Virus record (IMG/VR): IMGVR_UViG_3300050343_000163
DNA length: 64,000 nucleotides
Strand: one strand, 5' to 3'
Origin: a virus
Numbering within the stretch: the first letter of the stretch is position 1; each line of letters begins with the position of its first letter. The position numbers and the translations under genes are program-made. The notes under the pieces are model-generated. The model was not told the origin of the DNA. It saw only the letters and a list, made by a program, of their open reading frames with translations, and searched no databases. Of this stretch, positions 58,701-64,000 are shown piece by piece.

Positions 58701-60835
58701 AAAAATCTACCAGATAATGTTGTTACAAACAGAATAGTTCCTGTAGTGTATACACCTGAAGGTGTTCCTTCTACAACACCATAAGCTCCACTGTCTACAC
58801 CAAAAACATACTTACCTTCATCATATCCAGCTGGAGTTGTCTCAATAATAATCTTGGTGAAGAATTGTGGGTCGAAATATGAAATTCCAAACGTTGTATT
58901 GTATGCATTAGTTCCAGCAGCTAAACGACCTTTGGAAAGAACAATATCAGAATCTGAATTAAAACCTGAACCTCTTTCTTTCAAGAAGAAATTATTGGGT
59001 TTTACTTTACCAATAATAGGAGTAATAGTGTTGCTGTAATCTACAATAAAACCAAATTCAGCACCTCCCGATGCAGCATCCCCTTCAGTTAAATAAATGT
59101 TTCTCTTCTGCTCGGTATCAGATAGATCATATTCTAATAGCAGTTGTTCTAATTCGTTTTTAGGACCAAATACAGTTAGTTCTAAGAACTGAACTGATTC
59201 GGATGCATTAATAAGTGGTTTGTTTGTAGTAGCAAATGAAAGAGTTTTAAATGATCCAATAGCAGTTGGTGTACCTACATCACTTCTAGTTTTGATATAG
59301 AATAATTCACCAAACTGAGTTTGAAAAGTTGAATCAGTTACAGATCCAATAAGAGTAGTTGGACTTGTAATCTGTAAGGTGATAGTTTTAATACCATCAT
59401 TTGCAGAGAAGAATTTTCCTCTCCTATCAATTGTTTGTCTATGATCTGTTGTAAGTTCTGTGTTATTAAGACCAATAGAACCGTCATTAAACGATGAATA
59501 TAAAAATACATCAGGATATGCAGTAAGTTCAGATCCTTCTTTGTTTAAAGGAACACTACCATATACGTTTGTAATACAATAAGAAGGTAAACCTCTAGAT
59601 TTTAGAGTTACATTATCAGAAGAAAGACTTTCTCTAGCTTTATTGATTTCTAGATACTTAGTTTCTTTATTGACAATCTCATAACCTTTAATGTATGCTT
59701 TACCAGGACCTACACTAGCAATCATCTTTCTAGCAGATGTTCCAGCATCATATCCGTTGTATAGACCAAATTCGTCTACAGCATAGAAACCTTTGTTCTT
59801 ATCCTTTTGTGCCCACTCTCTAATATCAACAGAGAAGTTGTCAACAACATAATTACCAGATTCATCAAATGTTCTACGTGCTAGAGTTTGCTCTAGAACA
59901 CTAAAGTCTGTAGATGAAACTTTGCTTTGTACTTGTCCTCTAGAAACAGTGAGGAGTTGAATGAAATTTTTATCAGTAATTGCATTTAGCGCAAACTCTT
60001 TTAACTGTAAAGAGATTTTTAATCTATGTGCGCCTGGTGCAGTATAGTTAGAAGAACCAATTGCATTATCATATAGAGATGCATCTTCCTCAGGAGTTAC
60101 AATCTCTTCTTTAATTGTAAAACCAATTTTTGCAGATGGTTTATTATAATATTCATCAATAACTAATAGTTCTTGATTACAACGAACAAAGTAACCATTA
60201 ACAAAGTAAATACCTTCTTCTACTTTAACAGCAGAACCGTAACCCATTGCAGGACTTTCTAAAGAAGTAGTCTCTTCTGTGTCTGGATTTGTTACTTGAA
60301 TACTAGTTGGTAGAACACTACCATCTGTACCAACAACTAGAAGCGGTGTGTTAACACCATCAACAACTTCTAGAGTTTCACCTTGGCGGAAGGTTGGCTC
60401 TGTGTTGGAACTACCACTATTAATGTAATTTACATATAATGTATCAGCGGAAGATTCTGTTGCTAAAGTTGTTGCGAGAATAGTAGCTTTAACACCAGAA
60501 GTTAAACCAATTAGTTGTTGACCAATTAGTTGTGAAATATCATATTTCTTATAAACAATATCGTCTCCTTCCGAGACCGCAACCTCAGAAACAGACGATA
60601 ATTTTACGTAATCTAATTTTGTATTAAGACCTACTTCGCCAGGTATGACAAGTTCACCTTGTTTAAAGGCATACTTGCCAAAGCTTTCAACCTGATTCTG
60701 TAGAATAGATTGAACCTGCGTTAATTCTCTGCCTTGAATCGAATAACCTGGACGGAAAAGAATCTTATAGAAATTCTTGTTCGCATCAAAGTCTTCGTAG
60801 TAAGGACTTACATTAAGGTTCGTCTTTTGAGGCAT
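52748..60835 (-). CDS. VrlC-like / DUF4815 virion protein, 2695 aa
   Basis: NLNVSPYYEDFD...ILFRPG...QGRELTQVQSILQNQ, APGAHRLKI, RFKSGFFVDNF; CTAAATA at 60872-60878. Confidence 0.8.
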   Translation of the reverse strand: MPQKTNLNVSPYYEDFDANKNFYKILFRPGYSIQGRELTQVQSILQNQVESFGKYAFKQGELVIPGEVGLNTKLDYVKLSSVSEVAVSEGDDIVYKKYDISQLIGQQLIGLTSGVKATILATTLATESSADTLYVNYINSGSSNTEPTFRQGETLEVVDGVNTPLLVVGTDGSVLPTSIQVTNPDTEETTSLESPAMGYGSAVKVEEGIYFVNGYFVRCNQELLVIDEYYNKPSAKIGFTIKEEIVTPEEDASLYDNAIGSSNYTAPGAHRLKISLQLKEFALNAITDKNFIQLLTVSRGQVQSKVSSTDFSVLEQTLARRTFDESGNYVVDNFSVDIREWAQKDKNKGFYAVDEFGLYNGYDAGTSARKMIASVGPGKAYIKGYEIVNKETKYLEINKARESLSSDNVTLKSRGLPSYCITNVYGSVPLNKEGSELTAYPDVFLYSSFNDGSIGLNNTELTTDHRQTIDRRGKFFSANDGIKTITLQITSPTTLIGSVTDSTFQTQFGELFYIKTRSDVGTPTAIGSFKTLSFATTNKPLINASESVQFLELTVFGPKNELEQLLLEYDLSDTEQKRNIYLTEGDAASGGAEFGFIVDYSNTITPIIGKVKPNNFFLKERGSGFNSDSDIVLSKGRLAAGTNAYNTTFGISYFDPQFFTKIIIETTPAGYDEGKYVFGVDSGAYGVVEGTPSGVYTTGTILFVTTLSGRFLPGETIRDEDGNTVRIAKENTISHFVVQNRGLGYADGVTLLINGLEYDNSKIELLKSVDGKIYKAAISNRSAVGVEYAQPPAVTAKNPDASGAPNSAAAIVPVLYRDTVTTYTPQNVKSLGCSYGSGNANSFSADVVINSQKYSQIKTVTNYTFFGTQGSTFVESTSFSADASTDVQQGDLIQFSDDDNNLVRAIVQFATQQEGAYKSRIYLDTALPGSVTNASIVRLRPKVDNSTSGTLLFSTGSKQISQVSAGGDDTKIKYFFRRDFVTTASSGGGVITFAAQLPFGTQRFAAFSEENLIITVIDPGDAPDIVKGDIIFLEEDDVEITSSTDTSSGLTSGSISLQLPTTYFGTIPANGTFPKLKLTATLEVSNAKPRLKTVVRNKRITVTSAGDRVVPLRGTDYDTEVVEILSYSDAFKLRYVYEGTSSQPPQIDTAGNLISGTDVTSRYTFDDGQRDTIYDVSRIVLKPGFEETTGQLVIAFDYFEHSQGDFCTIDSYLHDAGVAEDEVPSFNSSVLGITELKNVIDFRPKVDTTAIIPGFLDTAILERTQGSFAGSGAIIASSPAPDINLEFTFSFSQKQYLDRIDGIFLDQNGNFIIKEGNSSLNPSKPDPIEDAVPLFYAHIPAFTKTSKDVRITPVDNRRYTMRDIGKLEKRIERLEYYTTLSILEQQALNMQVKDEIGLDRFKSGFFVDNFEAHRVGNLSSLDYRCAVDSQQSVLRPQAKEDSINLVEVNTREDQRTVSGYKKIGNMVTLPYSPLSLLGNSFASGKLNPNPFVVLQYVGDSDLSPAIDQWYDQTEEPVVVDTNTDLFNIFLAKENVKESFSSLFNSFVVNWVGASSTFTSINSLGGVNSQIASTSVTSASVGSSSNISPQNNEVGKGVQTKIVGDNIVSTSLAFYTRSLPVKFKIGRMKPNTKIYVFLEGRDISRWVNPDLRYTGIAGNSLSAFNGTITTDEYGNASGLIIIPAGNPPTQNATWSGDVDTVSYDEDAEELNFTTGELTFRFTSSATNESKLGVDSYTEIKYYATGILPENPSSIVSTKPSIFKSNEGVQFIESNTDNPIRPNPLAQTFKIENLDGGCFVTGLDLYFSKKSTNIPVKTYITNVDAEKPAKNIIPGSEKTLSPNTFIKCFASGNMSVTQGENVTGASSAASGPILKIFDKNNVELVATASGKYSLTNEQVYTVVLSNHNGKSFRPNEDLTIPSVTLANATNATDFVLAIAKDSGKLSDIRVTNTGLNYDSAILTIESPQLPGGSTATARIEVSGGKIYNTEISLSGFGYTEAPSVVIKGVGNGAGGCEIQTFIEIDTPAVRMGVATDQTGVTQSTTPTHFAFDYPVYLQNNTEYALIVETDSIDYELWSSKLGDTDIATSTVITTQPSLGSVYRSQNTESWTEDIFEDLKFTMYRAQFDTTRPAELLVKNKGLGYELLDQNPFETNASANTNSSSKLFKNNNSIVKVNHRDHSFEDTGGSYVFYRTALETGGITSSVLNSTLFQVSNSGIDSYNIISSSQAAGNSIGGGSAVYASTNRKYETLYPQVSYLSFTGTTLSTEVKTTDVVPVDSTTTNYTSYSQPDYEKTFLNEPHYFTNQKFIASNINETLNNLSRSLTYKMTLSSTVSHLSPIIDLSSATVKTVSNRIENATGQEDRFGRRDQVIEFYPVYQFNLAGNGGTDLQDNQTIKGSTTKAVGTIARVVGQVVYVRVKTSQFFQKGETVTLGNQLGLSAVTVDSNPTQVLTTIADAATIVARNPSVMLETYDNIITGKATIWNSQTQKLTLRVDANPINNNFTDRIIDSALYNRNAVVADQIADIFRVGDFVKYPNQPDEEKSYLEVGKVMYTNGLDFVGEDTSKNGSAVAKYITKEVSITSPATAIDVHLLANVKDISNLEVFYKFKKASSQENFDDIDWIYFNKKGEPDTYEIATSENTISGIVEKQSAYQDLKYTASNLPEYSSFAIKIVMKGVDPAYVPKIQDIRAVAAF

Positions 60836-60896
60836 CGTACTCCGCCAATAATACTAGTATTCTCGTTGAAGTATTTAGCGAAGTAACCAAAGAGTA

Positions 60897-62711
60897 TCAG
60901 AACTCAATTACTAACTTGATGTCTTCAATCTGGTCAGGAGCACGAGTGATTAGTCTTCTGTTCTCAACATAAATCACGTTACCAGAGTTATTTTCAATCT
61001 CTGGGTTAGCTAGACCACTTGCAAAAGTGACACCTAGTAGTGTAGAACCATAAGAAGTATCTACATTACCAGAAGCAGTAGAACTCTCTCCAGTAACAGC
61101 ATTAGAACCATTAGATTCAAATGCTTGTACAATACCTTGATCGGTATGTGCATCAGAAGTTTGGATGTACTTCAGAACACCAGCAGTTGTAGAACCACTA
61201 TCAAGTGTCCATGATACAACTGTACCATATGCTGTACCACCAGTTACAGTCTGAGTAATTTTTTCGTCAACGGCATAGTCTGCAGAAGCACCAGTAATCT
61301 TAATAGATTTTAGACCAGAAAGAGTATCAGCGGTTGCAAAAGTTGTAGTGCCATAGTTATATGGATCAGCAACAATACCAATACGACGGAAGTCGTTATC
61401 TACAGGGAAGTCACCTTGACCTTCAGAGTAAGTAAGGCGGATGTTTGTCATAACACGCTTACCATTGAGTTCTGTCTCATGATCAGAACCATGTCCACCT
61501 GCGGGAGCAAGAACAACTTCAATAGCACCAACAGCAGAAGCACCAGTTGCTACAGCAGATGATAAACCAGCATTAGAGAAGAGGTTGCCGTTAGTGAATA
61601 GAACGTTAGCATAAGTGTAACCTGATCCACGAGCTTCAATCTCAGCGGATGTGATTGCACCTGCACCATTTGTTACAAACTTAACTTTACCACCAGATCC
61701 ATCACCCTTAATAGAGGTGTAGAGAGTCTGGGAAGCAGGAAGACCAGAACCAGCGTTTTCAACTAAAGCAACATCAATAGCACCAGCAGTAGCAAGAGCT
61801 GCAACTGCTTGTCTAGAAACATTGTTAGAAAGAACGATTGGCATGAAGTCAGAAGAAAGGAACTTCAGAACATCATCGGTAGGAATGGTGTACATATACT
61901 TCCAAATGTAACCAGCACCAGTTGTCTCAGTATAGAGACCAGTAGCAGAAGCATAGTTGCCACCTGCAGTAGATGGTTCTTCAGTTGCGTTTTGTCCAGT
62001 TGTGTTAGAAGGATCTTCACCATTGTAAAGACACTTAAATACTTCGTAAGTTGAGTTCATTACATAGAACTTAGCATCTGCGATGCTTGCAGCACCTGTT
62101 GCAGCTTGCTTACCGATTTGACCACCGCCACCAGGTGTAGCAGAGTAATCGGGTTTAAACATGTCGAACTTGGGGTTAGCTACCAAGTCCCAGTTGTAAC
62201 GACGAATAACAGTTCTAGCAAATGAATCTGTGATACGCTTTGCAGCGATCATTTCATCGTACAATGAATACTTTTCTGTTTGGTTGTCTAGAGGAAGGGG
62301 TGGAACATCTTCAGTAGCGTAGCGATATACACCAGAAACTGCAGTGGCACCTGTGTCGGATCCGCCAGAACCACCACTTCTACCTTTTAAAGCAGAACCA
62401 AGAGGGGGAGCAGAGTTAACGCCAGCACTTCCAAAAACGTCGGTAAGAAGTAGGGCACTATCATAAACTGCAGCAACTGTGGCGCGGAAAGCGGTGGAAC
62501 CATACGTTCCAACATACACTTCGTTACCAACTACAAACGCGGTTGAATTTTGTGTGTGAACCTCTACGTATGCTTTCCATGGTTGTGGGCGTCCCACAAA
62601 GAAGTACATTCTAGAGCGTTCCGCACTGGTATCGTTAGGACCTTCGGTTAACGATTCTAAAAATTGTTTAGCATTGAAAATCCTAAACTTATCAGAGATA
62701 ATAGCAGCCAT
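60897..62711 (-). CDS. gp8: Baseplate wedge subunit
   Basis: MAAIISDKFRIFNAKQF, YIWKYMYTIP, FRRIGIV.DP, IYVENR...QIEDIKLVIEF. Confidence 0.92.
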   Translation of the reverse strand: MAAIISDKFRIFNAKQFLESLTEGPNDTSAERSRMYFFVGRPQPWKAYVEVHTQNSTAFVVGNEVYVGTYGSTAFRATVAAVYDSALLLTDVFGSAGVNSAPPLGSALKGRSGGSGGSDTGATAVSGVYRYATEDVPPLPLDNQTEKYSLYDEMIAAKRITDSFARTVIRRYNWDLVANPKFDMFKPDYSATPGGGGQIGKQAATGAASIADAKFYVMNSTYEVFKCLYNGEDPSNTTGQNATEEPSTAGGNYASATGLYTETTGAGYIWKYMYTIPTDDVLKFLSSDFMPIVLSNNVSRQAVAALATAGAIDVALVENAGSGLPASQTLYTSIKGDGSGGKVKFVTNGAGAITSAEIEARGSGYTYANVLFTNGNLFSNAGLSSAVATGASAVGAIEVVLAPAGGHGSDHETELNGKRVMTNIRLTYSEGQGDFPVDNDFRRIGIVADPYNYGTTTFATADTLSGLKSIKITGASADYAVDEKITQTVTGGTAYGTVVSWTLDSGSTTAGVLKYIQTSDAHTDQGIVQAFESNGSNAVTGESSTASGNVDTSYGSTLLGVTFASGLANPEIENNSGNVIYVENRRLITRAPDQIEDIKLVIEF

Positions 62712-62747
62712 TGTTTTTCTGTTCCGACGTAGTGTTTGTGCCTGAGT

Positions 62748-62772
62748 TATTTATATTTATAGCAATATTTAT
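62748..62772 (-). promoter_or_regulatory. Cluster of late promoter boxes upstream of gp8
   Basis: TATAAATA at 62748-62755 and 62754-62761, ATAAATA at 62766-62772. Confidence 0.75.
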
Positions 62773-64000
62773 GTAATTGCGAACGGAATCAACTCATCCC
62801 CGTTTGATATTGAGTTACTACCTCTTATTAGAGTGCATCCATCAAAGGTATTAGCAGTCTTAGATGCATATTGAATTACTGATCCACTCGAAGTGAATAG
62901 GTAACCAGCATTATCAAAGTATGCAGTATTTAGCGCAGCAATGCTGGTAGGTATCGTACCAACAGTGGTAGTTGTTGTAACTGGTTGTTGGATTGAAGGA
63001 GGTGCAAGATTAAATTTATCACCAGCAGATGTATATTGAGATTTTCTTCTCTTAGTAAAATCATCAAGAGTTAAACCACCAAAGAACCTTGATACTTCTT
63101 CAATAGTCATACCAGATACTCCCATGCCATCATCAAAAATGCCATCAAAGTGACCGATAGTATATCCAACGTTAGTGATAGCATAGTTTCCAATATACCC
63201 ACTATCAGTAGTAAAGAGTGTGTTTCTAACTAGTTGCTCATTTCCATTTCTTTGAGTGACATAATATTTGTCTGCTGCGGAAACAAGGAATACACCAGAA
63301 CCAACTCTTTGTGCAATTGGATTAGTCAAGAATGCAGTTTCTTGATATTTGTCAACTACACCACCTGGTGGAGGAGTAATAACAACCTCAGTAGCTTCTC
63401 TTGTTACTGACATTACAGAGGCAGGAGAAATCTGTCTCTGTACTCTCCTTTCAAATCCACCTGCAGTAGATGATGCACTCACCATACTAACATCAGATTC
63501 AGATTGGATAGAAGCAACAGCAGCAGATACAACTGCTATATCTTCAATCTGTCTTAGATATGCACCAGCAGCCCAGAATTGTTCTGTGGTGTTATCATAA
63601 CCTCTAATGACTTGTAAGAATCTATCATTGATTTTTCTATTATAGAATACAAGTTCATTACCAATCATTAGTTTGCCATTAGGAGCAAACTTAGTTGTAT
63701 CAGGAATGTATACAATACTGTCACCAATTTCCAGATCAACATTCAAGTATGCAGCATTCTCAAAGTAATTGGTATTACTGATTGCATTATTAGGAATTTC
63801 TACTTGAACTGTAGTAGTAATTGCTTTAGAAACAGTTGAAATAGAATTTGTAGTTATAATATCCTGCAATTCTGCAGATACTACTGTTCCACCAGCATAT
63901 ACATCTATGACTTTAACATCATCAGCTGATGTTTCTTCTGTTGAGAAGAATTCAATATAATCTCGTTTTGGATCTAAAGCACCACCAATAGAGAATACCT
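62769..64000 (-). CDS. gp7: C-terminal part of baseplate wedge protein, probably gp7; partial
   Basis: Frame stays open from the TTG at 63869 to the window edge (VFSIGGALDPKRDY...); immediately upstream of gp8. Confidence 0.6.
   Translation of the reverse strand, partial: VFSIGGALDPKRDYIEFFSTEETSADDVKVIDVYAGGTVVSAELQDIITTNSISTVSKAITTTVQVEIPNNAISNTNYFENAAYLNVDLEIGDSIVYIPDTTKFAPNGKLMIGNELVFYNRKINDRFLQVIRGYDNTTEQFWAAGAYLRQIEDIAVVSAAVASIQSESDVSMVSASSTAGGFERRVQRQISPASVMSVTREATEVVITPPPGGVVDKYQETAFLTNPIAQRVGSGVFLVSAADKYYVTQRNGNEQLVRNTLFTTDSGYIGNYAITNVGYTIGHFDGIFDDGMGVSGMTIEEVSRFFGGLTLDDFTKRRKSQYTSAGDKFNLAPPSIQQPVTTTTTVGTIPTSIAALNTAYFDNAGYLFTSSGSVIQYASKTANTFDGCTLIRGSNSISNGDELIPFAIT

Noticed and set aside
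60850-60861. 12-bp palindrome aatactagtatt in the VrlC-like gene leader
   Set aside because: AT-rich, single occurrence noticed, no U-tract or matching motif; plausible by chance.
138-63600. Plus-strand ORFs in the track (e.g. 138-530, 1956-2282, 6871-7302, 18481-18879, 47975-48487)
   Set aside because: All lie antisense to well-supported minus-strand genes and show no recognisable motifs; treated as shadows.
63867-63869. TTG as the start of a separate 366-aa gene
   Set aside because: The frame is open to the window edge, so this is the tail of a longer gene.
1-64000. tRNA genes, CRISPR arrays, inteins, introns, transposases
   Set aside because: None recognised by eye; core proteins (gp17, gp20, gp46, UvsW) show no extra domains. 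A tRNAscan-SE or Infernal run would be needed to exclude RNA genes formally.

Overview
A 64 kb segment of a T4-like cyanophage (marine Synechococcus/Prochlorococcus myovirus type). Essentially all real genes are on the minus strand; the plus-strand ORFs in the track look like shadows. In transcription order (right to left): gp7 C-terminus (partial), gp8, a VrlC/DUF4815-like 2695-aa protein, 1795-aa and 3492-aa virion/fibre proteins, an accessory cassette (fibre-tip protein, assembly-chaperone-like protein, coiled-coil protein, U32 Fe-S/methyltransferase fusion, 2OG-Fe(II) oxygenase), gp13-gp16, a variable island (petE, degenerate gnd, SNase-like nuclease, many micro-ORFs), gp17-gp23, gp3, uvsY, uvsW, gp55, gp47, gp46, a CobT-like peptidase-vWA gene with a CobS/MoxR ATPase, gp45, a DenV-like glycosylase and gp44 (partial). 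Best candidate for an undescribed system: the late-promoter cassette at 30847-36134, which couples a putative receptor-binding fibre and chaperone to two hydroxylase chemistries and a methyltransferase. Other notable signals: back-to-back sigma70 promoters upstream of gp55 with an antisense arm, nested repeats in the giant fibre, cupredoxin-like domains in a virion protein, and a non-catalytic gnd remnant coupled to petE. Several small ORFs missing from the track were translated by hand. Family assignments come from recognised motifs and gene order, not database searches.
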